Of a stretch of 64,000 nucleotides of DNA, positions 45,090 through 54,486 are shown piece after piece. Position 1 is the first letter of the stretch. The number at the start of each line of letters is the position of its first letter. The DNA lies in the IMG/VR virus record IMGVR_UViG_3300027806_000003, positions 1 through 64,000 of that record; one strand, given 5' to 3'. Under the pieces are notes generated by a model, which was not told the DNA's origin, ran no database searches, and worked only from the letters and a program-made list of their open reading frames with translations. Position numbers and translations under genes: made by a program. Source of the DNA: a virus.

Positions 45090-45922
45090 CAGGGCTCCGG
45101 GAGATCGAGCGCCGCAAACGAGACTTCGTCGTACACGCGGTCGATGTGTGCAAGGTCGGGGATCTTCCGAAGACGGCCGCTGGCGTCGGGAACGTCTCGG
45201 TACTGCACCGAGAGATAGTGCCAGCCCTTCTTTCCCGGTATGTTGATGAACTCGCCTGGCGGCGCTCCAGCGTTGATGACGAATGCGTCCTTGTTCTCAG
45301 AGATCGCAAACTGGGAGACGATCTCATAGTCGCCATTGGCGATTCGCGGCTCCCCGCGCGAGCCAAGGAACAGCACCTCGCCTGGCTCGAAGCCGCGGAA
45401 GTTGTCTGAGTTCACTTTGAACGCGTTCCGGTTGATCGTCCGGAGCCACGCCGTTGTGATGGAGCCGACCGGCTTGAACCCCCGCTCGGTCAGGATCCCG
45501 TTGCCCGTTGGAACGGACACGCCCTGGGGCACGCCGTTCTCGTCGATGTTGAGCGCGCCGCCCGTCAGTGTGCTGACCCCGCCCGCGTTGCCCCAAGAGC
45601 CAATGTGCTCGAGCGAGTAGGTCAGGAGGACTTCGCTCCGCTGAGTCTCGAAGGACTGGAAGAAGTCGGTCGTCTGTGGCTGAACGCGGATCGAACCGCC
45701 GGAAGTGGAGCCCCAGGTAACTCGGCCCTCGTAGACGCCGACTGTGACCGGGCGGATGATCGGATCGCCTCGCCTCAGCCGCCCAAGGTTGGCGGGGGTG
45801 TTGGCTACCAGGTGTGCGAGAACGGTGTCGGGGTTCGTTTCACCGCGCAGAATGTACAGCCGGCTCTGTTGGGCAGTGCCTTGCTCAAACCCGCCGCCGA
45901 CCTCAATCATTTCGATGGGCAT
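45089..45922 (-). CDS. Putative distal tail protein
   Basis: After TMP; KVN...FRGF.PGEVLFLG, KKGWHYL.V.Y. Confidence 0.65.
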   Translation of the reverse strand: MPIEMIEVGGGFEQGTAQQSRLYILRGETNPDTVLAHLVANTPANLGRLRRGDPIIRPVTVGVYEGRVTWGSTSGGSIRVQPQTTDFFQSFETQRSEVLLTYSLEHIGSWGNAGGVSTLTGGALNIDENGVPQGVSVPTGNGILTERGFKPVGSITTAWLRTINRNAFKVNSDNFRGFEPGEVLFLGSRGEPRIANGDYEIVSQFAISENKDAFVINAGAPPGEFINIPGKKGWHYLSVQYRDVPDASGRLRKIPDLAHIDRVYDEVSFAALDLPEP

Positions 45923-45925
45923 GGC

Positions 45926-47956
45926 TTATCCCAGGTTCAGGTAACCGGGCTCCATCCGCTCGACGGCTCGCTGGATGCTCGAGATCTTGCTGTCGATCCG
46001 CTCGAGGACCTGGCCGGTCGGTCCGCCGCGGAGGCCCGCCAGGGCCGTGTCGGTCAGGTTGAATGCACCGCGGACCCCGCCGAACTGAGAGATCGCCTCG
46101 AAGGCCTCGCCGATGCTCTCCATCGCGGCCTTGACCTTCGGCGCTGCCGCTTCTGGGCCGAAGGGATTCGCACCGCCGGCCTCGTACCAGGCGGCAAACG
46201 CGTCGGCCTGGGCCTTGGCTCGCGACTCCTCTAGGCCTGCACGTGCAGCGTCAATTTCCTTTTGCAACGCGTCGATTGGCGACTGAAGTATCGACCCGAA
46301 GTCCTTGCCGATCGCCTCGATCATCTGCTTGCGATAGCCCTCCTGGGCGTTGTAGTTCTCGAGGTACTGCCTACCCGCGTCGCCGAACAGTCCCTCCGCT
46401 CGCAGATCCCGCTCCGCGATCGTGTTCTCAAGACTTGCGTTGTGGCGCTTTTGCCAACGTACCAGCCACGAGTCGGTACTGAATGCTTCTCTGGCTCTGT
46501 TCCACCGAACGCTAGGATCCATTCCCGCGAGCCCTTCAAGCCCAGCACCGATCGCGAAGTACGCGCCGGCGATCGAGTCACCCACGAACTCAGCGGCGTT
46601 GACCAGCGGCGTCGCGACTCCCTTGTTCAAATCGAGCCGTGCATCCAAAAACTCAGCGTCTATCCGGTTGGCCAGCCCCGCGATTCCCTTGGCTCCAGCG
46701 GACTCGCCGTACTGATCCGGCGCTATCGTGGCGGCGACGGCGCTCGTCGCGCTCGCCATGAGCTTTGCGAGGGTCTCGCCGATCCAGGTGAAGAGGTTCT
46801 GAAATGCCTGCGCGATGCTCTTTGCCGCGGTCAGGAACGCCATCTGGAGAGAATTCGCTGCGATCTTCCCCGCCGTCTCCATGTCTCCGCTCTGCATCGC
46901 CTTCGTGAGATCGTCGAGCACGCCCTTCGTCGCTGTCCAGGCATCACCGATCATTTCGCCCGCTGCTCGGAGTGCTTCGCTCGGACCAACGGTGAAGGAG
47001 ACGACCGCCGCGGCCAGTCCGACAACGGCTCCCGTTACGAGCACGATCGGGCTCGCGAGCAGGCCGATGCCGATGGCAGCTGCCTTGGCGGCGATCGCCA
47101 AGGTCACGAGTGCTGAACCAAGGACCACTGCGCCCGCTGCTGTTGCGCCCAGCGCCATGATGACCGCGGGGTTGGCGGAGACGAAGTTGCCGAACTGCGC
47201 GATCAGCGGCGTGATCGTCTCCAGCGCGACCGTCATCGCGGGGGCGAAGGCCTCGCCGATCTTCTGGCTCGTACGAGCGATCGAGGCTTCGAGCTCATCG
47301 AACCGGTCGGCAAGCGCTGCGCCAGCCCTGGCGGTGCTCGTGCTCATCGTCAGCCCGAGCTCCCGCGCCCGCGCCCGCATGTCCTGAAGCCCCTTGGCCC
47401 CGCGGTCCAGAAGTGGTATCAGGCTCGCGCCTGAGCGGCCGAAGATGCCCATCGCCGCGGCGGTCTTCTGCGCCGGGTCCTGGATCGCGGCGATCGCGTC
47501 GGCGATGACCTCAAACTGGCGGTCTGGGTGCAGGCCCTGCAGCTGCTCAATCGTCAGCCCCAGATCCTCGAGCGCTCCGACAGACCCGGCGTCGCCCTGC
47601 ATCGCGCCGGCCAGGACACGCTGCATCCTGGCAACGCTGCTGGTCAGGTCGCTTATCTCGAGGTTCGCCTGCTGGACGCCGAGCTTCAGCTCGCTGATCG
47701 CCTCGACGGACATGCCCGTCTTTGTCGCCATGGTGTCGATGTCATCGGCGCTGTTGGCGAACAGCTTCGCCATGGTCGCGAGGCCTCCCAGGGCTGCGCC
47801 GCCGAGAGCGATGCTCGCGCCGCCGATCTTGCCGACCGACGCCGCGAAGGAGTTGAGTCGCTTCTCAGCGTTCGACATCGCCCGGTGAAACTTCTCGTCA
47901 CGTGCGCCAAGCTCCACGAACGCGCGCCCAGCTCGGATGGCGGCTGCCACACTCAT
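45926..47956 (-). CDS. Tape measure protein
   Basis: IRAGRAFVEL; KTGMSVEAISEL; AAAMGIFGRSG..LIPLL; 676 aa. Confidence 0.88.
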   Translation of the reverse strand: MSVAAAIRAGRAFVELGARDEKFHRAMSNAEKRLNSFAASVGKIGGASIALGGAALGGLATMAKLFANSADDIDTMATKTGMSVEAISELKLGVQQANLEISDLTSSVARMQRVLAGAMQGDAGSVGALEDLGLTIEQLQGLHPDRQFEVIADAIAAIQDPAQKTAAAMGIFGRSGASLIPLLDRGAKGLQDMRARARELGLTMSTSTARAGAALADRFDELEASIARTSQKIGEAFAPAMTVALETITPLIAQFGNFVSANPAVIMALGATAAGAVVLGSALVTLAIAAKAAAIGIGLLASPIVLVTGAVVGLAAAVVSFTVGPSEALRAAGEMIGDAWTATKGVLDDLTKAMQSGDMETAGKIAANSLQMAFLTAAKSIAQAFQNLFTWIGETLAKLMASATSAVAATIAPDQYGESAGAKGIAGLANRIDAEFLDARLDLNKGVATPLVNAAEFVGDSIAGAYFAIGAGLEGLAGMDPSVRWNRAREAFSTDSWLVRWQKRHNASLENTIAERDLRAEGLFGDAGRQYLENYNAQEGYRKQMIEAIGKDFGSILQSPIDALQKEIDAARAGLEESRAKAQADAFAAWYEAGGANPFGPEAAAPKVKAAMESIGEAFEAISQFGGVRGAFNLTDTALAGLRGGPTGQVLERIDSKISSIQRAVERMEPGYLNLG

Positions 47957-48525
47957 CGGAGATCTCCGGTCTTACGCAACGCGTCCTGCCACGCCTGGCG
48001 AAGCCCAGCGAGGCCCTTGCCGAACGCCGGCCGCATGAAGGGCCGTGCCGCCATGGTCCTGGTCTTCTTCACCCAGCGCCCCTGGGTCTGCCACGTCGAA
48101 CCGTCCGACCGAATCCTGACGCGGCCGGGTTCGAAGGTTCGGAACCGCACCGTTCCGCCGAACTCGAGGACCTCTGGAGCGCCCGTCGGCTTGTTCGTTC
48201 GGGCAGGGCCGATGATGATGCTGCCCGTCGCGCGGTCGTACGAGAAGAAGACAAACTTCCGCAGGAGCGAGTTGGGATCACGGACGAAGGGCGGGTTGCC
48301 CGGCGCGCTGTACTCGGTCTCGTCGCTCCAGTTGACGACGCCCTCGATCTCCTGCCGAATGAGCTTCTTCCGCCGAGTCTTCAGCAGCTTGCGGGCCTGC
48401 TGCCGCACGTTCCCGCCGAGGGCGAACAGCGCGCGGTACCGGGCCTCGTTCATCGACGTGATGATGTCCTTCCGGTTGAAGAAGCCGGCCTTCATGCCCT
48501 TGATGGTCGCGGTCGGGGTGATCAT
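47953..48525 (-). CDS. HK97 gp10-like neck/tail completion protein
   Basis: SAPGNPP, LEFGG, MAARPFMRPAF. Confidence 0.75.
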   Translation of the reverse strand: MITPTATIKGMKAGFFNRKDIITSMNEARYRALFALGGNVRQQARKLLKTRRKKLIRQEIEGVVNWSDETEYSAPGNPPFVRDPNSLLRKFVFFSYDRATGSIIIGPARTNKPTGAPEVLEFGGTVRFRTFEPGRVRIRSDGSTWQTQGRWVKKTRTMAARPFMRPAFGKGLAGLRQAWQDALRKTGDLR

Positions 48526-48740
48526 CGGTCGTCGCGGTGCTGCTTGCGATGCTCTTCGAGAAGGCTCAGTCGGGTCTCGTGGCCGTGCAGACGATCCTCG
48601 AGCTTTTCAATGGTCCTGGACAACTCGCGCACGTCCGCGCCGAGTCGCTGAATGGTCGACATCAGACGCCCAATGCCGATCAAGATTCCGGCCGCGGACA
48701 TCAGGATGGTCAGGAGCGTGAGCCCGTTGTCGAGAGTCAT
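48522..48740 (-). CDS. Small TM + coiled-coil protein, holin/XhlA-like candidate
   Basis: One TM then coil ending HETRLSLLE; coupled on both sides. Confidence 0.55.
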   Translation of the reverse strand: MTLDNGLTLLTILMSAAGILIGIGRLMSTIQRLGADVRELSRTIEKLEDRLHGHETRLSLLEEHRKQHRDDR

Positions 48741-49501
48741 GCTTTGGGATCCGTTGCAGGTGATGAAGATGATGTCGGCGGCTGCATCGCCGCCAGCACT
48801 CGCATGAGCGCCGCGTTCTGTGCCGCGGCGGTTGCTTCGTCCCAAGCCTCGTCGGCGAGGCGCTTGCGGGCCAGCCCCTCGGCCAGGCCCTCGTCGTACG
48901 ACTTGTCCGCTTGCTTCTGCCCGCGGCGAGTGATGCCGTACGCGCCAACGCCCGCAGCGCCGATACCCAGCAGGGTGCCGAGCCCGCTGAGGTTGACGCC
49001 GGCCTGACCGGCAGCTGCCTGGACGTATGGGTTGTCAGTGATGAACTTCAGGGCTGCCGCGCTCTGCTGGCGCTTGGTCTCGATCTCCGCCAGGGCGTTG
49101 TTTGCCACGGTCTCGATCGTCGTCAGACTCTGCTCCAGCCGCGCCTTGGCCGCCGCGGCATCGGCCACGCTCTGAGACACGGCCTGCTCCGTTTCGACGA
49201 CAATCTGCTCCAGCTCGCTCTTGGCCTGAGCCTCACCAATGGCCACATCGCGGCGGACCTTCGACGCCCGCAACTCGGCCTGTGCGCGTGCCGCGAGGAT
49301 GCGAGCCTCCGCCGCGTCCTGCTGCGCCTTGGCCTCGGCTTCCTTGGCCGCGGCCATCTGGTCCGACTTGATGCGGACCTGCGTTGCGGTGACCTGCTTC
49401 CCGGAGCCGTACGGGTCTTCGATCTTCGGTTCGAGGAATCCGCAGCCTGCGATGATGAGCGCGATGGCGGCGACGACGATGGCGATCGGGGTGCTCTTCA
49501 T
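48737..49501 (-). CDS. Lipoprotein with coiled coil and C-terminal hydrophobic helix (u-spanin-like architecture)
   Basis: MKSTPIAIVVAAIALIIAG|C; long coil; LSGLGTLLGIGAAGVGAYGI. Confidence 0.65.
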   Translation of the reverse strand: MKSTPIAIVVAAIALIIAGCGFLEPKIEDPYGSGKQVTATQVRIKSDQMAAAKEAEAKAQQDAAEARILAARAQAELRASKVRRDVAIGEAQAKSELEQIVVETEQAVSQSVADAAAAKARLEQSLTTIETVANNALAEIETKRQQSAAALKFITDNPYVQAAAGQAGVNLSGLGTLLGIGAAGVGAYGITRRGQKQADKSYDEGLAEGLARKRLADEAWDEATAAAQNAALMRVLAAMQPPTSSSSPATDPKA

Positions 49502-49760
49502 AGTGTGGCTCTCTGAGCGAGGATCTGGAACTCGGCGGCGCTCACGCGAGAGTCGTCGGTTCCGTCGGTTTGAGGCATGAAGTCCGAGGGCTTGGTTCGG
49601 TTTCCGGCGAGGTTCGCCACCAAGCTCATGAGGCGTGCGGTCTGTCCGCAGTGGAACTGCGTGGCCCCCGCCCACATGGCGATCAGCTGCCATTCCTGGA
49701 GGCCGTCGAGGCTGTTGAGGCCGATGGCTCCGGCGATTTGCCAGGCGTTGATCCAGGCAC
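49498..49760 (-). CDS. gpT-like second part of tail assembly chaperone (-1 frame)
   Basis: AWQIAGAIG..L..WQL.AM..TARLMSLVAN..KPSDFMP in -1 frame overlapping gpG end; start or shift site unclear. Confidence 0.55.
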
Positions 49761-50144
49761 AAGGTCGACGGCCAGGCTCAGAACCTGGTCCGCCGCGCTC
49801 TGCGCCGCCTTCTCCTGAGCTTGGCGCACCTTTCGAATCTGCTTGGCCGCGGCGCGCAGGAACGCCCCGCGGCCCCCAACGAAATCCGCCAGTGCCTCCA
49901 GCAGGACCTCGGTGCCGGCCTCGATCCGCTCGAGGCTGTCGAACTTGGCGGCCCACTCCTCCGGGGTGCACTTCGGCTGGCAGCAGATGTGGAGGATGGT
50001 CACGACCGCCTTGCTGTTGGCCAGCGTTTCGACGGTCGTTGCGGGTGCACCCAGGAGGTCGTAGCCGGCCTGCCGGATCTGATCGAGCAGGCCGAAGTGC
50101 AGTCGGAACTCGTAGCGCTCGTTGGCGATCGCGAAGGCTTGCAT
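49683..50144 (-). CDS. Tail assembly chaperone (gpG-like)
   Basis: GGAGAG RBS; follows tail tube; LLEALADF. Confidence 0.7.
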   Translation of the reverse strand: MQAFAIANERYEFRLHFGLLDQIRQAGYDLLGAPATTVETLANSKAVVTILHICCQPKCTPEEWAAKFDSLERIEAGTEVLLEALADFVGGRGAFLRAAAKQIRKVRQAQEKAAQSAADQVLSLAVDLVPGSTPGKSPEPSASTASTASRNGS

Positions 50145-50195
50145 GTGGCTCTCCGAAGGTCAGCGGCTGGGTGGGAGCGTGATCGACCTGGCGAC

Positions 50196-50636
50196 TCAGC
50201 CCGTCACGGTTGAGAAGTTGGGCGAGATCGTCGCGTGCGGCGTCGGCCGCAGGGTGATGGTGATCTGGACGGTCGTGTTGGCCTGCTCGGGCTGGCTGAT
50301 GCCCTCGACCATGAATACGGCCTCGAAGACCACGGTGCCCACGATGGCGATGGCGTCCGTGGTGAACTTCAGATGCACCGACGTCTGATTGATGAACGCC
50401 GTTCGCAAAGCGATGTAGCTCGCGTCGTCCGGCTCGAGGTTCAGCACTATCGACGCCGAGATGTCGATCTTGCCCGGGATGTACAGCGAGAACTTCGAGT
50501 CCCGGCTGCTCGCATCGACCGCCTGCCCGCTCAGCTGCAGCTCCGTCGAGACGACGTTCTTGATGAGCGCGGGGGCGAGCGGATCGCCCGTCATCAGATA
50601 GACCTTGTGAAAGTCGCCGGTTCGCTTGGTTCCCAT
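50196..50636 (-). CDS. Major tail tube protein
   Basis: VDASSRDS.F..YIPG.ID..; Y.ALR.AF; TP901-1/lambda-type tube pattern. Confidence 0.8.
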   Translation of the reverse strand: MGTKRTGDFHKVYLMTGDPLAPALIKNVVSTELQLSGQAVDASSRDSKFSLYIPGKIDISASIVLNLEPDDASYIALRTAFINQTSVHLKFTTDAIAIVGTVVFEAVFMVEGISQPEQANTTVQITITLRPTPHATISPNFSTVTG

Positions 50637-50639
50637 GGG

Positions 50640-51116
50640 TCACTCCTGGTCGTGGTCGCTGGTGTGCACGCTGTAGCGTGCGAGGATGTTGATGAGCGCG
50701 ACCGCCTGCGTCTCCCGCAGTGCGGTGTGCTCGATGGACCTGTCGCTCGTCGTTGCCTGCCACTCTGCGAGAATGCCGGGGCCGAGCGTCAGGTGCTTGC
50801 GTGTCAGTGCAGCACGAACATTGGCCGCGACGATCATCATCGCCTTGGCTTCCGCGAAGGTGTTCACCGCTCGGCGGATCACGGTCACGCCGACGCCGAT
50901 CTCGTGGCGATCGCCATCGCGCGAGACCGGCTCGATCGTGTAGTCGGATGCGTAGACCAGCGTGATGACGTCGTTGTCGCGAACGTCGCGGACCACCGAT
51001 GCCAAGGGCGCGGCGGCGGTCTGGACGATCAGGCCCAGGCCGTTGGTCTCCGGCGCGGTCTGCAGGAGCTCGGCGACCTCTTCGACGACCCGCGCATCAA
51101 GGGCGAGGCGGCTCAC
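50640..51116 (-). CDS. Putative tail terminator
   Basis: GGAGG + GTGA-coupled start; position. Confidence 0.55.
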   Translation of the reverse strand: MSRLALDARVVEEVAELLQTAPETNGLGLIVQTAAAPLASVVRDVRDNDVITLVYASDYTIEPVSRDGDRHEIGVGVTVIRRAVNTFAEAKAMMIVAANVRAALTRKHLTLGPGILAEWQATTSDRSIEHTALRETQAVALINILARYSVHTSDHDQE

Positions 51117-51493
51117 AGCGCACCTCCCGCGGCGGTGGTGCGGATGCGGATGCTCGTTCGATCGGCGGTCTGGTAGGACCAGGCGTCGAGGCCGGGCCGT
51201 GCGATCACGCGATAGATGACCGTCTGTCCGCCGACCGTGTCGCGGATCTGGTCGCCGGCCGCGGGGCGGAAGAGCGCGGCGCCGATCCTCAGATCCGCTG
51301 CGGTCACCGTCCAATCCTGGGTGCGAACCTCGACGACGACGTCGTCGTTGGTGACGGCCTCGCCGCGGGTCTGACCTGGCATGGCCCGGACCGTGATCTG
51401 CTCGTTCGTCGCCGCGCGAATGTACACCACCTCACGCGAGAGGCTGGTCTCGCGGACGCGGTTCAGAACGGCTTGGCCCTGCTGAAGGATCAA
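51113..51493 (-). CDS. Head closure/head-tail adaptor
   Basis: D..V.AADL....F.PAAGDQI..Y.V; start uncertain. Confidence 0.6.
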   Translation of the reverse strand: MILQQGQAVLNRVRETSLSREVVYIRAATNEQITVRAMPGQTRGEAVTNDDVVVEVRTQDWTVTAADLRIGAALFRPAAGDQIRDTVGGQTVIYRVIARPGLDAWSYQTADRTSIRIRTTAAGGAL

Positions 51494-51543
51494 ATCGGCC
51501 AGCCCGCCTGTCAGCGAGCCGGCCCGGAAGAGAGAGATCAGGA

Positions 51544-52245
51544 TCAGGCCGCGAGCGGCTGCAGCACGAGGAAGAACCGGACCGCCGGCAGGTTGGCGGT
51601 TGCGCCATTCGTGACGTCAAGCCGCAGCTGCTCGTCGGGCAACAGCGCCGCGTGTGCCTGGTTCGGGACCGGCAGGTAAAAGGTCCCGCTGTTCGGCAGG
51701 GTGTTCACGTTGTTGTAAGTCGCGGTCGTGATCGAATTGCCCGCCTGGTCCTTGAAGTTGATGACGACCGTGTTGGCCGCGTCGACACCGCCGACGTTGC
51801 CCTGCGTGAGCCCGTAGATGCCGAGCACGCGGTGTCCGCGGGGAGCGACAAAGACCGGCCGGTCGGCGATGTCGGCACCGGCCGCCAGATCCTCGAGGTC
51901 CACCGGCACGATGAGCGACTGAGCCGGGTTGATGCGGCGGACCAGGACGGACGTCGTGTCATCCCCCGCCGCCTCGACGACGACGCCGGTGTCGAGGTTG
52001 CGAATGTCCCGCGTCGAGAGCCCTGTTGCCGGGTCGATGTACGCGCGCTCGCCCGGGACGAAGACCGTCGCCAAGGCCTTGTCGAGCTCGTCGATGCCCT
52101 CAAGCTGCAGGCCGACGAGCTCGTTGGCGGCGGTCGGGGTCGGGACCAGGCCTCGCACTGCGCCCACGTTCACGAACGTGCCTGCGGCCAGGGCCGCGGC
52201 CGGCCGGTGATTGATGCTGTCAGCGCGAGAACGACGAGTGTGCAT
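51544..52245 (-). CDS. Capsid cement (DUF2190-like) with C-terminal extension
   Basis: AAGGAG RBS; DSINHRP.A.LAAG.FV.VG..G; L.K....F..G...Y. Confidence 0.7.
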   Translation of the reverse strand: MHTRRSRADSINHRPAAALAAGTFVNVGAVRGLVPTPTAANELVGLQLEGIDELDKALATVFVPGERAYIDPATGLSTRDIRNLDTGVVVEAAGDDTTSVLVRRINPAQSLIVPVDLEDLAAGADIADRPVFVAPRGHRVLGIYGLTQGNVGGVDAANTVVINFKDQAGNSITTATYNNVNTLPNSGTFYLPVPNQAHAALLPDEQLRLDVTNGATANLPAVRFFLVLQPLAA

Positions 52246-52344
52246 GTGTGCTCCTTGCTCGGGTGTGTGTGCCCCGCCAGTGCGGAGCGTGAATCCAGGC
52301 CCTTGGCTCTCGCCCTGGGCCTGGTTGAAGTCAGTGGGAGTCGA

Positions 52345-54486
52345 TCAGGCCTTGCCCTTGGACCAGGCGAGCCCGCGGCCATCGCCCTTGCCAGCGCCGT
52401 AGCGGGCATACGCACGGATCGAGAAGCCCAGGACGTCTGCCGGAGCGTCGACGGCCTCGACCGTGACGTCCTGATTGCCCTGGACAAAGACCATGTCCAC
52501 GGGCATGACCGAATCGCCGAGGATGGCGAAGTTGTCCTCCTGGCTGCCAGGGACGAACTTCGTCAAGGACATGAACGGGCTGCAGATCGGCGTGAGCTTG
52601 CCCTGGTGCGGGTTGTCGGCCAGCTTGGGCTTGTTGGCGGTCGTCGTCTCGTTGACCTGCTGGGCCTTGTACAGCAGATCCGCGGCGGTCTTGTTCTTCG
52701 TCGTGACCAGCACCTTGGTCGGCTGAAGGAGGATCGGCAGACCGTTCGCGTCGACCTGATCCATCAGCAGCCGCTCGAGGGCGCTGATCGATTCGATCGA
52801 GAAGGCCGAGTCCGCACCCTCGATGTAGTTCTTCCTGGCGGCGCTGATCTCCGTGCCGAGCATGGAGAAGAGCACCTTGTACGCATCAATTTCAATCTGC
52901 TGCGCGGCGTGCACGGCGAACATCCCGGGCAGGCGATCGAGCGCGCCGAGGTGGTCGTTGATGTACATGACCTCGGTGATGTTCACGATGCCGGCAATCT
53001 GCTTCGCCTGCGTCGTGAACTCGCTCTCCTGGAGGCTCACGTCCTGAATCGTGCCGTCCTTGGCGACTTCGCGCATCGTCCCCAAGAGATCGATCTGATA
53101 CGACTTGCTCGGCTGGAAGTTGGCGACGGGCCGCACGCTGCAGAACTGCCTCCAGGTCATGGGCTGCCGCTGCCACTGTTCCCGAAGGCGAGCGTCAACA
53201 TACGAGTTGAACACGCTGGCCAGGGGAATGGTGCTCGCCGAGGCGGCTTGGATCGTGCGCTTCGCCTGAGCACGAAGCTGCAAGTCCAGTGCCTTCGCGG
53301 CCCGGAGCTCATCGGTGTGCGACATGTTGACCGAGTACTCGCCGTGAGCGGCCAGGAACTGGCGGACGGTCTTCTGAAGCGACGAACCGAGGCTCAGGCG
53401 ATCGCCCTGCTCGACCGCCTGTGCGCCGAAGCGGCGGATGCGGTCATCGTCCTTCATGACTCCTGCGGTGAGGCCGGCCGCCAGGCAGAGGCCGATGGTC
53501 CCGGGCGTGGTGCCGCTGTTGATGTGCGCGGCGGGCGCGCTGGACGCCTTGAGCTTGAACACTTCGAGTTCGACCTTTTCGGCGGTCCACTTGTTCCTGA
53601 TGGCCTTCGCGGCCAGCTCGAGGTGGGTGGTGCCGCAGATCTCCAGGATCTTGCTCTGACGCTCGAGGTTCTGCGCGAGCTCCTCATCGCTGGCCTGGAT
53701 CGTCGATCGGCTGTTCGCCGCGGCCAGCCGCCCTCGGCTCGCGGCCTGAACGCCGGTCGCCGCGCCGGAGCCAGCGGCAGCCGCCTCGCCGGCCTTGGCC
53801 GCGTCGGCCTGCTCGGCGTCGTACTCCGCCTGCAACGTGGTCATCTCGTCGTCCGTCAGGTCCGCCAGGACCTTGCCCTTCGCCTTCACCCATGCCTCGA
53901 AGCCCATGCGTTTCTCCTTTGTTTCGCCCGCGCGCTGGGCGGCGAGCCTGGTTTCCGTGTCCGGGTCCGCGCCCGCCGCCACAAGCGACACTTCGCGGAG
54001 CCGTGACGTGGTGACGATTTCAACAGGGCCAACGACCTCGCGGCCGTTGACCACGGTCTTTTCTCCCGCTCTCAATTCCCTTGTCTCGATGACATCGATT
54101 CCAATCGAGGCCTCCCACGAATAGCCGTTTTTGGCCATCGCGACGACAAGGTCGGCCTCCGGGTACCCAATCGCGGACACCACGGCCGCGACATAGAGCT
54201 GGCCGGTGTCGACACGCGCCGACTCAAGATGACCGAGGATCTTGGACTCGTCGTGCTGACGCAGGAATGAGCGAGGCTTGCCCTCGCGGAGGTCGATCCC
54301 CGCCAAGTCGACGACGACCCCATCCCAGAAACCGGGATGCTCGATGCGGCTGCCTGTGTAGGCGAGACTCTCGAACCGCGGGAGCTTCGTGCCGTCCGCG
54401 TTCTGAAACTTCATGCTGCCGCCCGAGGAGGCGAGCCGAATCTGGCGCGTGCGCGAAACGTTGAGGTTGAGTCGGCGGGTCTTCAC
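52345..54486 (-). CDS. Fused prohead protease + major capsid protein (Mu gpT-like capsid domain)
   Basis: AYTG..VVVDLAG, QHD..ILGH, WEASIG, LREVSLV..GAD; then VANFQP, INDHLGA, G.P...P..LV. Confidence 0.85.
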   Translation of the reverse strand: MKTRRLNLNVSRTRQIRLASSGGSMKFQNADGTKLPRFESLAYTGSRIEHPGFWDGVVVDLAGIDLREGKPRSFLRQHDESKILGHLESARVDTGQLYVAAVVSAIGYPEADLVVAMAKNGYSWEASIGIDVIETRELRAGEKTVVNGREVVGPVEIVTTSRLREVSLVAAGADPDTETRLAAQRAGETKEKRMGFEAWVKAKGKVLADLTDDEMTTLQAEYDAEQADAAKAGEAAAAGSGAATGVQAASRGRLAAANSRSTIQASDEELAQNLERQSKILEICGTTHLELAAKAIRNKWTAEKVELEVFKLKASSAPAAHINSGTTPGTIGLCLAAGLTAGVMKDDDRIRRFGAQAVEQGDRLSLGSSLQKTVRQFLAAHGEYSVNMSHTDELRAAKALDLQLRAQAKRTIQAASASTIPLASVFNSYVDARLREQWQRQPMTWRQFCSVRPVANFQPSKSYQIDLLGTMREVAKDGTIQDVSLQESEFTTQAKQIAGIVNITEVMYINDHLGALDRLPGMFAVHAAQQIEIDAYKVLFSMLGTEISAARKNYIEGADSAFSIESISALERLLMDQVDANGLPILLQPTKVLVTTKNKTAADLLYKAQQVNETTTANKPKLADNPHQGKLTPICSPFMSLTKFVPGSQEDNFAILGDSVMPVDMVFVQGNQDVTVEAVDAPADVLGFSIRAYARYGAGKGDGRGLAWSKGKA

